A stretch of 63,402 bases of DNA, filler included, from Octopus bimaculoides (Eukaryota), in NCBI RefSeq assembly GCF_001194135.2. It is 6 parts of 6 records of this genome, joined end to end, with 100 filler letters (N's around TTAATTAATTAA, not from the genome) between each part and the next. Parts side by side here need not be neighbours in the genome. Positions count along the whole stretch, not along the records: positions 18,607 to 50,295 come from NC_068993.1; positions 50,396 to 52,648 come from NW_026405909.1; positions 52,749 to 60,119 come from NC_068995.1; positions 60,220 to 63,402 come from NC_068989.1; 2 more parts are not named here. One strand, given 5' to 3'. Position numbers and translations under genes: made by a program. Each line of letters starts with the position of its first letter. The first letter of the stretch is position 1. Positions 49,564-62,777 of the stretch are shown here, one piece after another. The notes under the pieces were generated by a model. It was not told where the DNA came from. It saw only the letters and a list, made by a program, of their open reading frames with translations, and ran no database searches.

Positions 49564-50444
49564 CGGCAGTACCAGCAACAAGCCCAGGTAGCAATAATAC
49601 TGCTTTGCTTTCGTTACTGAAATTATAATCATCACCATAATTATATTTGTGTTTTTGTGTTTTTATATATTCGTTCATTTGTTTATTATTATTTTCTTTT
49701 TTCAATGGATGAAATTGAAACAATATTAGTTAAAAAGAGACAAGATAAAGTTACGAAGTAAAAGAAACACACAGTAAATGGAGGGTGATTGGTTAGGTTT
49801 AGGGTAATGGAAGAGAAAACTGCATGGGGAAAAAATAGATAATAAAATAAACTAAATATAAAAAGGGGTCGGTGTCACGAGTCGAGTCCACGTGACCTTT
49901 GCTTAAAGCAATGATGTAGAAAATGAAATAAATAATTGAAATGATGTCGAGAATGGAAATTTGCAAATTAACAAATAATCACTTGGCGTGATAGTTGTTG
50001 ATGGAATCTGTGGAAAAAATAGCAGAGTGAGAGAGGGGGAGTAGGAGAGAAAGATATATGGAAGCAGAGTAAAGAAAAAAGAGTCAGAGGAAAAGATTGA
50101 GAGAGGAGTAAGAGAGAAAGAGACAGGAAGAAGGGAAAACAGGAGAACTAAATTTAAAGCGAGTGAAAGAGAGGACGGCAGGGGTGAGGCGCTATTAAGT
50201 GAGAGAAAAAGCGGGAGAAGATTAAGTTGAAGAGAGAGGGAGAGAGAGCGAGAGAGAGAGAGAGAGAGAGAGATAGAGAGAGAAAGATATATATANNNNN
50301 NNNNNNNNNNNNNNNNNNNNNNNNNNNNNNNNNNNNNNNTTAATTAATTAANNNNNNNNNNNNNNNNNNNNNNNNNNNNNNNNNNNNNNNNNNNNACTTA
50401 TATTATTTTAATTCATTTTGTTTCTTTTCGCTTTTATTTTGCAG

Positions 50445-51385
50445 GTGAGAGCCTTGTTCTACCAGAATTACCGTGAAGTGAAGGGGACTTTTAACCACGA
50501 ACTAGGGAAGAAGGAGAGTCATGCGTTCACGTTGCATCCAGTGAAAAATAACAGTTTCGTAATACGTTTGGCATTGCATTTCAAAGACGATGAAATTAAA
50601 TGGTTGAAAAGAAAAGCAGACAGCTTGAGAAATGAGTTGGAAATGGTCAAGAGGGGAATGGCTACAAAGCAGCTGAAGCGTCTGTCAATGCCTATGATGA
50701 AATATCTTCACAATATTGAATATTTTAATAAGAAACGTGAACCGAAGAAGGCCTCTGTCAAGTTTTGGTATGATACTGGTGATGTTGCAGCACAATGGGA
50801 GAATATTGAAATGGAGTCAATTTATTCCATGGCAAATATTCATCAGGCACCAAAACAGAAGCTGACTGTGAAAAAACATGATGAAACTGTACATAACTCT
50901 GTCAAAAACCTCCTTAACCATTATTGGGAAGGAGTAGATAATATCAAGTTTAAGAAGTTTCTCCGAGCCTATCGTTACATGTCACCTGTCCAAGGGGTAC
51001 AACATCTACTACAAGTCTACTTATTGCAACGAAAAACTCGAAATGGTTATTACAATGGCACATTTATGGCCTCGCAGCGTCTACTGCCTCTGAAGTTTAC
51101 TGAAGAAGAGGACATGTTTAAGCGCCATTTTGATATCAATACCAAATACAATAACAGCAAAGGTGGTGGGCAGATGAAAGAAATCAATCTGATTATGCCA
51201 ATTGCTGGAAAATTAGAAGCATTTGTACGATTTACAGAGACCCTAGAGAAGATCTTCAAAAGAACACTGGAGAACCTCAAAGTGATCCTTGTTATCTACA
51301 AAGATCCAGAAGGAGTCTGGGTCAAACAAATCGCTATGATGAGACGTTTGGAGTCTCGGTACCCTTCCATGAAACTAGAAGTAAC
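50445..51385 (+). CDS. CHSY1: Chondroitin sulfate synthase (CHSY1/3-like), terminal exon, 5' part
   Basis: Polypyrimidine tract and TTTTGCAG|G acceptor at 50444/50445 (phase 0). VRALFYQNY...HAFTLHPVKN aligns by eye to vertebrate CHSY1 QQLFYENY...QAITLHPNKN. Later INLIMPIAGKLEAFVRF...RYP. Open until the N gap. The symbol denotes the family; orthology is untested. Confidence 0.85.
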
Positions 51386-51733
51386 NNNNNNNNNNNNNNN
51401 NNNNNNNNNNNNNNNNNNNNNNNNNNNNNNNNNNNNNNNNNNNNNNNNNNNNNNNNNNNNNNNNNNNNNNNNNNNNNNNNNNNNNNNNNNNNNNNNNNNN
51501 NNNNNNNNNNNNNNNNNNNNNNNNNNNNNNNNNNNNNNNNNNNNNNNNNNNNNNNNNNNNNNNNNNNNNNNNNNNNNNNNNNNNNNNNNNNNNNNNNNNN
51601 NNNNNNNNNNNNNNNNNNNNNNNNNNNNNNNNNNNNNNNNNNNNNNNNNNNNNNNNNNNNNNNNNNNNNNNNNNNNNNNNNNNNNNNNNNNNNNNNNNNN
51701 NNNNNNNNNNNNNNNNNNNNNNNNNNNNNNNNN

Positions 51734-52237
51734 CTTCTCCTTTTTATTGATATCGATATGGCCATCACAGAGACATTTTTACATCGAGTACGAGTGAACA
51801 CGATATATGGCAAGCAAGTGTATTTTCCAATTTATTTCAGCCAGTTTGATCCTGAATCTATTTGCTACAAACCCAATTGTAAGAAGAACCATTATTTATT
51901 TGGCAAAGATGACGGCTTTTGGAGATATTTCGGTTTTGGTATGGTGTCCATCTTTAAAAAAGACTTTCTGGAAGTGGGTGGGTATGACACAAAAATTGAA
52001 GGATGGGGCAAAGAGGACATAGATTTCTATGAACTATGCCTCAGGTCTAACATGACAGCAATTCGGGCCCCTGATTTGTCACTGATACACGTTTACCACC
52101 CAAAATTCTGTTCACATAGTTTGAATAATGAACAGTACCAAATGTGTCTAGATTCAAAAAGTGGGATCTTTGGGTCTCTACATCAAGAAGCTAAGGCTGT
52201 CTACAGATTACCAGAGATATTAAATAAATATAAATAA
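51734..52237 (+). CDS. CHSY1: Chondroitin sulfate synthase (CHSY1/3-like), terminal exon, 3' part (GT7-like GalNAc-transferase domain)
   Basis: LLLFIDID (DxD), NTIYGKQVYFPIYFSQFDP, GFWRYFGFG, GGYDTKIEGWGKEDID, LIHVYHPKFC...QYQMCLDSK; stop TAA at 52235-52237. Confidence 0.92.
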   Translation, partial: LLLFIDIDMAITETFLHRVRVNTIYGKQVYFPIYFSQFDPESICYKPNCKKNHYLFGKDDGFWRYFGFGMVSIFKKDFLEVGGYDTKIEGWGKEDIDFYELCLRSNMTAIRAPDLSLIHVYHPKFCSHSLNNEQYQMCLDSKSGIFGSLHQEAKAVYRLPEILNKYK

Positions 52238-52501
52238 ATAACAAAGACACACAGACAGAAAGGAGAAAGATACAAATAAAAAGAAGTCGTGGGCGAATAA
52301 AAGAGGGCGAGGAAAATGTGGTTATGAGGTATTCGGTAGTAACTCTGTAAACACAAGTATATACCTACATATTTGTGTATAAACATATTGAATTGTTCTA
52401 CAATCATGCATATACATGCATAAATACCGTACACAAACATGTATATAAGCTTGTATATGTGCTTAAATGCATGCATTCCACTTACAGACTCACGTATGCA
52501 G

Positions 52502-52536
<35 letters not shown>

Positions 52537-53018
52537 CTTATGCACACACACTTATATACACATACACACACACGTATTAATATATCTATGCATACATATA
52601 TGCATACACATATGTGTGCATGTAGCACAATATATGGCACACACATTTNNNNNNNNNNNNNNNNNNNNNNNNNNNNNNNNNNNNNNNNNNNNTTAATTAA
52701 TTAANNNNNNNNNNNNNNNNNNNNNNNNNNNNNNNNNNNNNNNNNNNNAGTGGTGAGTGAAATTTGTAATTTTTTTTTAACTAAGTTTTCTGTCCGTTAC
52801 TTAGCCCGCCCATAACACTTTTACGGGATAAGTTGAAAGGAAAGGCGAAGTGCGAGAGAAAAAGGAGAAAGAAAAAGAGGGTAAGGTGAAGAGTGAGAGA
52901 GAGAAAGAAGGAGAGTGCTGTGCATTAAGTCTATAAAATTGTGTATAAAGTATATAAAGTGTATATATAAAGTGCATTAAGTAATCATTGTATTCCAATT
53001 TAAACTAAATATATATAT

Positions 53019-53463
53019 AGGTGCAGGTGTGGCTGTGTGGTAAGTAGCTTGTTTGTCGACCACACGGTTCCGGGTTCAGTCACACTACGTGGCACCTTGG
53101 GTATGTGTCTTCTATTATAGACTCAGGCCGACCAAAGCCTTGTGAATGGATTTTGATTGACGGTAACTGAAAGAAGCCCGTCGTATGTGTGTGTGTTAGT
53201 GTATATGTATGTGTGCGTGTGTATTGTGTGCGTATGTGTGAGTGTGTTTTGTGTCTATGCTTGTCCCCCATCACCGCTTGACAACCGGTGTTGAATGTGT
53301 TTACGTTCCCAAAACTTAGCGGTTCAGCAAAAGAGAGCAATAGAATAAGTACTAGGCTTTAAAAACTAAGCCTTGAGGTCGATTTGCTCGACTAAAATCC
53401 CTCAAAGTGGTGCTCCAACATGGCCGCTGTCAAATGACTGAAATGAATAAAAGAATAAAAGAA
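53019..53463 (+). mobile_element. tRNA-derived SINE family A, full length
   Basis: Colinear with 40951-41366; tail (AAAAGAATA)n. Confidence 0.9.
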
Positions 53464-53504
53464 GATATTGATGTATATATCAAAGGGTATATGTGTGTGT
53501 GGCT

Positions 53505-53542
<38 letters not shown>

Positions 53543-54357
53543 TCTTTTATTCTTTTATCTCTTTCAGTCNNNNNNNNNNNNNNNNNNNNNNNNNNNNNNN
53601 NNNNNNNNNNNNNNNNNNNNNNNNNNNNNNNNNNNNNNNNNNNNNNNNNNNNNNNNNNNNNNNNNNNNNNNNNNNNNNNNNNNNNNNNNNNNNNNNNNNN
53701 NNNNNNNNNNNNNNNNNNNNNNNNNNNNNNNNNNNNNNNNNNNNNNNNNNNNNNNNNNNNNNNNNNNNNNNNNNNNNNNNNNNNNNNNNNNNNNNNNNNN
53801 NNNNNNNNNNNNNNNNNNNNNNNNNNNNNNNNNNNNNNNNNNNNNNNNNNNNNNNNNNNNNNNNNNNNNNNNNNNNNNNNNNNNNNNNNNNNNNNNNNNN
53901 NNNNNNNNNNNNNNNNNNNNNNNNNNNNNNNNNNNNNNNNNNNNNNNNNNNNNNNNNNNNNNNNNNNNNNNNNNNNNNNNNNNNNNNNNNNNNNNNNNNN
54001 NNNNNNNNNNNNNNNNNNNNNNNNNNNNNNNNNNNNNNNNNNNNNNNNNNNNNNNNNNNNNNNNNNNNNNNNNNNNNNNNNNNNNNNNNNNNNNNNNNNN
54101 NNNNNNNNNNNNNNNNNNNNNNNNNNNNNNNNNNNNNNNNNNNNNNNNNNNNNNNNNNNNNNNNNNNNNNNNNNNNNNNNNNNNNNNNNNNNNNNNNNNN
54201 NNNNNNNNNNNNNNNNNNNNNNNNNNNNNNNNNNNNNNNNNNNNNNNNNNNNNNNNNNNNNNNNNNNNNNGGGGGCGGATTTAATAAACACTATCAACCT
54301 CACTCCCCATCAACACTATCTCAGTCATTATCACACCCTAACGCTTCCTCTATCTTG

Positions 54358-54429
<72 letters not shown>

Positions 54430-55051
54430 CCATCAACGCTACCATCATCTCCACCACCATCACAAACTAAGGAAAGGGGTCTCGCTTGCCCGAGAAACAT
54501 TGCAGTCTCTTTACCCTCAATTGACACTCTTCCGGTTTCTAAAACCGGGTAAGTTGTATAAGGTAATGTCGGGTTTCCGGTATATAAGAATACGGATTGA
54601 TGGCCATGGCTGGAACGCCTTTTGAGTTATAGGTTGCTCGGCCAGAGCTGATCTGGAGCTAATCAATAACAACAAAAAGGAAAAGCCAACACATTGCAAC
54701 CAATAAGGGAAGCTTGTATTGGCTCAGTTTTCTTGCTAGAAATAGAAGACAAATGATCCTCAAATCAAATTTTATAGTCTTTTTTAAGTGTTACATTGGT
54801 ACTATATTCCTAGATACACTGTGCCTGAATAACATATGTGATGGTCAAGGTTGACGTGGCTTTCAGCATGACTACCTCGATCAGGGTTGACCTGAGGCTA
54901 AATAATAACAGTAACAAAAATAAAAATAACCTTTCTGCAATTTGTACTCAGCATCATCATCATCATCACCATCATCATCATCCTCATCATTAATTTTCTT
55001 TCGCTCTCTCTTACACTCTCTCCTCTCCCTACCTCCTCCTTCTCCCTCTCT

Positions 55052-55086
<35 letters not shown>

Positions 55087-55176
55087 TGCAAACCGATAAC
55101 GCTGTTTGCTCTAATCCTGCAATTATCTCAGGAGAATAACACACAGATTAAACAGTAACAGGCAGCCGCAGCGCAA

Positions 55177-55198
55177 GTGACGTGACACAGTGACGTCA
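55177..55198. promoter_or_regulatory. Paired CRE/ATF-like sites (GTGACGTG and TGACGTCA)
   Basis: A perfect CRE palindrome at 55191-55198 with a second TGACGT 14 nt upstream, in a small CpG-rich patch beside a gap. Confidence 0.25.
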
Positions 55199-56535
55199 TC
55201 TCTTTAGCTTTNNNNNNNNNNNNNNNNNNNNNNNNNNNNNNNNNNNNNNNNNNNNNNNNNNNNNNNNNNNNNNNNNNNNNNNNNNNNNNNNNNNNNNNNN
55301 NNNNNNNNNNNNNNNNNNNNNNNNNNNNNNNNNNNNNNNNNNNNNNNNNNNNNNNNNNNNNNNNNNNNNNNNNNNNNNNNNNNNNNNNNNNNNNNNNNNN
55401 NNNNNNNNNNNNNNNNNNNNNNNNNNNNNNNNNNNNNNNNNNNNNNNNNNNNNNNNNNNNNNNNNNNNNNNNNNNNNNNNNNNNNNNNNNNNNNNNNNNN
55501 NNNNNNNNNNNNNNNNNNNNNNNNNNNNNNNNNNNNNNNNNNNNNNNNNNNNNNNNNNNNNNNNNNNNNNNNNNNNNNNNNNNNNNNNNNNNNNNNNNNN
55601 NNNNNNNNNNNNNNNNNNNNNNNNNNNNNNNNNNNNNNNNNNNNNNNNNNNNNNNNNNNNNNNNNNNNNNNNNNNNNNNNNNNNNNNNNNNNNNNNNNNN
55701 NNNNNNNNNNNNNNNNNNNNNNNNNNNNNNNNNNNNNNNNNNNNNNNNNNNNNNNNNNNNNNNNNNNNNNNNNNNNNNNNNNNNNNNNNNNNNNNNNNNN
55801 NNNNATATATGCATGTATGTATGCATGTATGTATGTGTGTCTGTGTATATGAATGTATGTATACGCATGAAAGTTGGAGATAGAGAGAAAGAAGGTAAAT
55901 AGAAATTTCTATAAATTTACTAGAAACTTCCATATTTAATTGAAGAATTTTGTAGCAGCTGAAGACAAACACACTTTAACACTCCCATAAAACCAAGCAA
56001 TGCAACATGCAAACTCACACAAACACATACATACATACATACATACATACATACATACATACATAGATACATACATACATGCATGCGTGCATGTACGCAC
56101 ATACACTAGCATGCATACGTTTTAATATATATGTATATATATATCTGTCTTTCTATTAATCGATATCTATATCTATATGAGTAAATATATCTCCCTCTAT
56201 ATCTATATGAGTAAATATTTATTAATGTATCTATTGCAATGCAGTTAACAATATAAGAAAAAAATAATAAAGGTGGGTCAAGGTTGAACAAATACTGTAT
56301 TAGTTTCAGGCTTTTAAGAAAAGAAAACGAGTCGTTACGTTTCGGATGTTAGTTCTTCTTCAGAAAAAAAGAAAGAACTATAGGAAAAAGAAGAAAGAGG
56401 AATAATTAGTGAATAATAAGAATAAACAGCCGGTATGAATTGATAGAGAAATAGATAGATATTTACACACACATAGATATGTATATATAAATATATGTAC
56501 GTATGTGTGTGTGCGTGCTTGCGTGTGTGTATATA

Positions 56536-57088
56536 CACAGACATGCAGGAAGTAAATAGACACCTTTAATTTTCAAAATTTCTGATCTAAGCGTCTTAAT
56601 ATGTTTTCAGCGGTGTAGAATTTACAATGTAATTATTTTTTTCATTCCAGGTGCCATTATATTAAACATTTCCGAAGAGTAACTATGCCACGCACAAAAA
56701 ATTCAGCAGAACTGTCAAAGAGGTCGTATTGTAGGGCAATCTGAGGCTGGTCTTAGCCAGCGAAAAATTGCCGCAAATCTTCAAATTCCTCTTGCTACTG
56801 TTAATAGAATTATAGTGCAATTCAAAAGCCAAGGAAAAGAAACAATCAACAGATTCTCGTCCCGGCCGACCTGGGCCCTCGGAAAGGAAGCTTCGCTGTT
56901 TGAAGAGAATTGTGGAAAACGAACCACGTTCAAAGGCTTCTGACATTGCAAAGAATGTGTGTTACATATCTGCATAAGCTTGGGTATTATGGACGAGCAG
57001 CTAGAAGAAAACCTCTCCTTCAACCAATTAATATCAAATAAAAGATTTTGAAAATTAAAGGTGTCTATTTACTACCTGCATGCCTGTG
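56536..57088 (+). mobile_element. Internally deleted Tc1 element, 553 bp, 44-bp TIRs, TA target
   Basis: TIRs 56536-56579 and 57045-57088 (2 mismatches) with TA on both sides. Interior: [24 protein letters not shown]...RPGRP...LHKLGYYGRAARRKPLL. Confidence 0.92.
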
Positions 57089-57716
57089 TATATATATATG
57101 TGTATGTATGTATGTCTATCTCTACTTCTCTATTTCTCTCTCTCACTTTCTCTTTCGTTCTCTCTCTCTCTCTCTCTCCATATATATTTTTGAAATTGCA
57201 TGATAGTCGTGTTGACGTGTGCGCGTTTTGACCCACACAATCTCACACAATGACAAACATACACAAAAAAAAACTAAAACTAAACAAACACATTCAGACT
57301 CATACATGCGAAACAGAACATAAATGAAATACAAAAACTGCACAAACAACAACAACAGAATAATAATAATAATAACAACACAGGAAACAATAACAACCGC
57401 AACATGAGAACAGCAGCTTAAAAAAGGAATTATAGTTAGGTAGCTACAGGTGTTTATACGACTGGACCCCTAAACAATGATATCCACATCCAACGGAAAC
57501 AGCTCTATCATAGTTAAATACCTTTGACTTTTTTATTGCCTATGTTAATTTTTTTTTTATGTCCAGAAGCTTAAGATCTCCTTAGAAACCGATAGATACA
57601 TGTCTACATATCATTTACATGTCAGCCAAAAAGTACTCAGTACATACACCTACATGCACGCACATGCGCACACGTTATATACAATGAGTTCAACCATGTG
57701 TATGTGTGTGTGTGGG

Positions 57717-57765
<49 letters not shown>

Positions 57766-57954
57766 CATACATACATACACACATAGGTCATTTTTGTTAT
57801 TTTTATCTTTGTTTCTATTGTCTGCTCGTTTTTGCAAGCTTTATTTATTTTCTCTTTATACACATACACACACACACAAGTATATAGACACAGAGACAGA
57901 CAGACAGACAGACAGATTAGACAGACAGACAGATAGACAAGCAGACAGACAGAC

Positions 57955-58077
<123 letters not shown>

Positions 58078-58084
58078 CAGAAAT

Positions 58085-58130
<46 letters not shown>

Positions 58131-58856
58131 GGATAAGTAGATAAGTAGATAGTATCTTCTTAATCTTAGCGACCCTCTTAATACCACGAAGCCGGCAACA
58201 CCTGCACCACGACGTCCACAGCAATNNNNNNNNNNNNNNNNNNNNNNNNNNNNNNNNNNNNNNNNNNNNNNNNNNNNNNNNNNNNNNNNNNNNNNNNNNN
58301 NNNNNNNNNNNNNNNNNNNNNNNNNGAGTACTCGAATACTGAAAGTAGAGTAATATACTTTTGCTAAAGCTGCAAAATTCTTCATAAACCATCACTCAGG
58401 GTTTTACGTTACCGTTCGCCACAATTGCTCGACGAACCGTTACGTGAAATTCTGAGTAACATTTTGTGAAGAATTTTGTGGAGAATTTTGCAGATTTAAT
58501 AAAAGTATACAAACGAATATGGTTTAGATGTCCGTGCAATGCTGTTCCTAATTTCCTAATTATTTTTGTTGCTCGTGTACTTTCAAGAAAATATCGACAC
58601 ACCCTTGCCCACAGCTTACCCTGTACATATATGTATGTGTGTGTGTGTGTGTGTGTACATACATACATACATACACCCAGGGGGTTGAAGTGAGAGAGAG
58701 ATAGAACAAAATATCGATTGATTGATCAATGTATCGATAAACATATATCCAGGCTAACTGATGTTTTTATCGCTAGATTGGTAAATTTATTCACACACAC
58801 ACGCACGCTCACATGCACACACACAAACACACAAACACACAAACACACAAACACAT

Positions 58857-58901
<45 letters not shown>

Positions 58902-58962
58902 CGGTGAAGAGAGAGAAAACAGAGAGAGTAAACTGTGGGCAGCACAGCAGGGATAGATAGAC

Positions 58963-59017
<55 letters not shown>

Positions 59018-59062
59018 GAGACAGAGAGAGAGAGAGAATGACAGACAGACTGACAGACAGGC

Positions 59063-59102
<40 letters not shown>

Positions 59103-59339
59103 AGAGACAGAGAAAACAAGAATAATAACAAAATACGGAATCAAAAAATTATGAAAAACAAATTACGTATAATTTGTATAACACTCCCCCACCACCACAT
59201 CATCACCAGCACCACCACTATTGCCATCACCAAAAAATATAAATTCGGACATAGCCATGAAGGTTTAAATGTTCTCATCGTAGCTACGTGCTCCGAAATT
59301 CGATCCCGCTGCGCAGTTACTTTGGTGTCTTCTACTTTA

Positions 59340-59415
59340 GCTTCGAATTGACCAATATTTTGTGAGTTGTGGAATTTGGTAGATGGAAACCTTGTGGATG
59401 TCCGCTAGCCGCATA

Positions 59416-59447
<32 letters not shown>

Positions 59448-59620
59448 CTCTGTGTGTGTGTCATTTTTTTATCGTGGTCTTTTAAATCCCGTAGTTAGTG
59501 GTTGGATAGAAATCGATGAATTAATTACAAAGCTTTAATAAGTACTGGGATCGATATGAGCGACTAAAATGTTAATTGAGGCGCTCCAGCTTGGTCGCAG
59601 TTCAATAACTAATGAAAAAG
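59340..59620 (+). mobile_element. Decayed SINE family A
   Basis: GACCAA...GATTTGGTAGATGGAAAC-like block and AAGTACTGGGATCGAT...GCGCTCCAGC.TGGTCGCAGT tail. Confidence 0.45.
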
Positions 59621-59957
59621 AACGAATATATATATAGATATAGATATTACACAGATGTAGTGTGTGCGTGTGTGCATGCATATGCATATTTGTGTCTATG
59701 TATAATATACATGTACATACACATGCATATATACACATACATTTATTCATTTCTACATTTGTGTGTGCGTGTGTGTGTGTGTATTCGTGTGTAAATATGT
59801 ATGCTGTGTGCTTTATAGATTTCAGCCATTAGTGTGTGTGTGAGATGGGGGGGATCAACTACATGAATATACGAGAACCCATCAATCCTATAATGTGATG
59901 GCTGGCTGTCCAGACATGGCGGTCCATTGTAATGGTGGAGAATTTTTTCTCATATAC

Positions 59958-60002
<45 letters not shown>

Positions 60003-60086
60003 TGTATGTGTGAGTATAGACATATATGTCTGTGCGTGCATATATATATATGTCTGTGTGTATATATATATATGTGTGTATATATG

Positions 60087-60119
<33 letters not shown>

Positions 60120-61154
60120 NNNNNNNNNNNNNNNNNNNNNNNNNNNNNNNNNNNNNNNNNNNNTTAATTAATTAANNNNNNNNNNNNNNNNNNNNNNNNN
60201 NNNNNNNNNNNNNNNNNNNAAAGGTGGCGAAATCGTCATGTTAGCTTTCTTCTTTGGCAGAGTTTCGGATCAGGACGCCCACATAAGTTGAATTTCCTCC
60301 GTTTTGACGGGGATTTTTATTCATTCTTTTTTTTTCACCGCGGCCCGGCAAATGACAGTGGACATCTTTGACTAAAAAAAAAAAAATTTTGAAAATATAT
60401 TATTTTTGGTAAAAAAAAATTGTAAATATTTTAAGACATAAAGGTGTGTGATTTAAAGGACATTTGGCTGTTGTTTCTGACACATCCCACAGCCACTTTC
60501 TTTGTTTCTTTGTCACTCTCACATGTGTTAATGTTTTTCAATATTTGTGAAATGATGATGCGGAAGTAACACACACGTAATCCATTGTTGGGATATAAGC
60601 AACAATAAAAATTTGTAATTTAAGTTTTATACCCCGCCCCGAACCAAACGAGGACATGAGTGTAAAAAAAACATATTTACTAACAGAAAAACATGTTTCC
60701 TTTCAAACTTTTAACAATAAAATGGACGATATTGAAAGCGAAAGACTAATATGCTTTAATGTTTCATAACATCAACGTGTAAGGGAAAACTTGGATATAG
60801 TGATAACTTTTCTTCTGGGGATTTATGTGGAGATTAAATAATATCTTTCCTAGTATTTTATCATTTGCAGTAGATAATGTTTTGACGGAGAAACGATAGG
60901 TTGCTGGAGGATTGGCAATAAAAAAAGATAACGAAAATATGTCTGGTGATTTCGTTATCGAAAAAAACTGTTAATGAACAAAATAAATGAAAATTAATTT
61001 TTGGTCACAGAATACTGGATTGGATATTTTTGATCCAGTTGATCTTAAAAATTTATTCCCATGTTAAAGGATTCGGGTTCAATTAATGACCTCTTCCCCT
61101 TTTTAATTGTCAGTACAATCAGTAAAATCAAGTGGCAGATCGTTTCGTTATCTA

Positions 61155-61608
61155 CACTGAAACGCAAAATATACGAGCGACGTGTGTTTTAATTTCATTA
61201 TGTCAGAGATAAGTTTTGACAAATCTGATAAAGTCAATTTCTTGGATGCACTTTGACCACAGTCTATGGGTCGTTATTAAGTGTTTTAGTAGTGGGCGGA
61301 TCCAGCACATCGCGATTGTAGGACGTGACATGTTCAATACCGTGTATGCCCTCGCTGGGTGTTCAAAACGGCCATACATCGTCGGTACATGGAGTGCATA
61401 AGGCGGTTCACAAAAGCCATTAGCACCTATATCCACACCCTGATGAAAGCTGCCTCCAGTTCCACACGAGTTGTCGGCCTTGGGACCACCTGGTTCAGCC
61501 GTCTCTGGATTTCATCCCACAGGTGTTCAATTGGATTCCAATCCGGGCTGAGAGCAGGCCACAGCATGGTTCTGATGTTGTGCTGACGCATATTTTACAA
61601 ATTCAGCG
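61155..61608 (-). mobile_element. Internally deleted Tc1 element retaining the transposase C-terminus
   Basis: WPALSPDWNPIEHLWDEIQRRL...SMYRRCMAVLNTQRGHTRY*. The ends are TA|CACTGAAACGCAAAATA and an imperfect inverted copy ...TATTTTACAAATTCAGCG|TA. Confidence 0.8.
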
Positions 61609-61759
61609 TATACATTCTACAATATATACATTTACTTAGATGACGTCTCCATAAACAACATTCCTAGTCAATGTTCAACATTTATCAATATGATGCGTCT
61701 TTCTGGTTGTGCATTTGAATTCTCTTTGATCTGCAAATATTTTCGTGTTTTCTGGTTAT

Positions 61760-62235
61760 GCACGTTTGTGAACATTGAAGTCAGATGGTAAAACCCGCGC
61801 TTCTTTAATCTATGTCGTTGACTCTTATTTATTTACGTAACAAATACGGATCTTATAGAAAACTGAAATCTTTTTAAAGTTGGTAAATTGATGCCAGATG
61901 GTTGAAGGGATATCTGAGGAATCATTGGAACCCTTCCGGCATCAACGCCGCTAAGTTTGCTGACAGTAAATTGTCAACAATGTGGAGGACCATGTATCGT
62001 GTACCATTGCGGTCGCCATTTCTGTGGTCTTAGTTTCAAAGAAGCATTACTAGAGAACATATTTCGATTCTAATGATGTAAGGAGTGAATTTTTTAATTC
62101 CGTGGGATAAAGAACAATTTGGTTTTCTTCTGCCACCATGTCTACGCATCTCAAGTAACCTCGTTTCCAAGAAGTTTATCCATAATTTCGTCATCGTTTG
62201 TTGTTAGAATAGCTCTTAAAAACATTGTTAATTTT
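61760..62235 (-). mobile_element. Second, more decayed Helitron helicase fragment
   Basis: RAILTTND...IMDKLLG...EENQIVLYPTEL.NSL...MLL*N*D..NGDRNGTRY...PQISLQPSG..LPTLKRFQFSIR...INKSQ. Confidence 0.8.
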
Positions 62236-62394
62236 CGTAGTGTTGCATCATAAGTATAGACCAGTTTAATCAAAATTTCCTTGGATTATACTGTTAGGAA
62301 AAGCGGACTGACAACGACGTCTTGGCAAAGGTATCAGTATTAACAATATTTCCTTCACCCAGTTTCAGCAACCACTCGGCATGGTGGCTTCCCC

Positions 62395-62777
62395 AGTGCT
62401 CACCTGGTACTTATTTTATCGACCCCGAGAGGATGAAATGTAAAGTCGACCTCAGCTGAGTTTGAATTCAGAACGTAAGGACGGATGAAATGCTGCTAAG
62501 CATTTTGCTCGACATGCTAACGATTATGCCAGCCCGCCGCCTTAAGTGATTTAATAATATTGGTTACAAATTTTAGCACAAGGCCAGCAGTTTCGGGAGA
62601 GGGGTCAAGTCGATTACATCGACACCAGTCCTCAATTGGTACTTATTTTATCGACCCCGAAAGGATGAAAGGTAAAGTCGGCCTCGGCGGAATTTGAGCT
62701 CAGAACGTAAAGATGGACGAAATGCCGCTAACCATTTTGCCCTGCATGCTAACTTTTCTGCCAGCTCGTCGCCTTAA
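62395..62777 (-). mobile_element. Two head-to-tail SINE family B copies (best-preserved at 62545-62777)
   Basis: Minus-strand head GGCGACGAGCTGGCAGAA (A box)...GTTCTGAGCTCAAATTCC (B box), then CTTTCATCCTTTCGGGGTCGATAAAATAAGTACC. Confidence 0.85.

Noticed and set aside
51386-51797. Apparent frameshift/premature stop in the CHSY-like ORF (459-aa ORF ending FSFLLISIW...)
   Set aside because: The frame change falls across an N gap of estimated length; both sides are intact, so it is not evidence of a pseudogene.
56325-56368. Hammerhead-like CTGAAGA-A-GAACTAACATCC-GAAACGT on -
   Set aside because: Core present, but stem I cannot form and stem II is mismatched; at most a dead relic.
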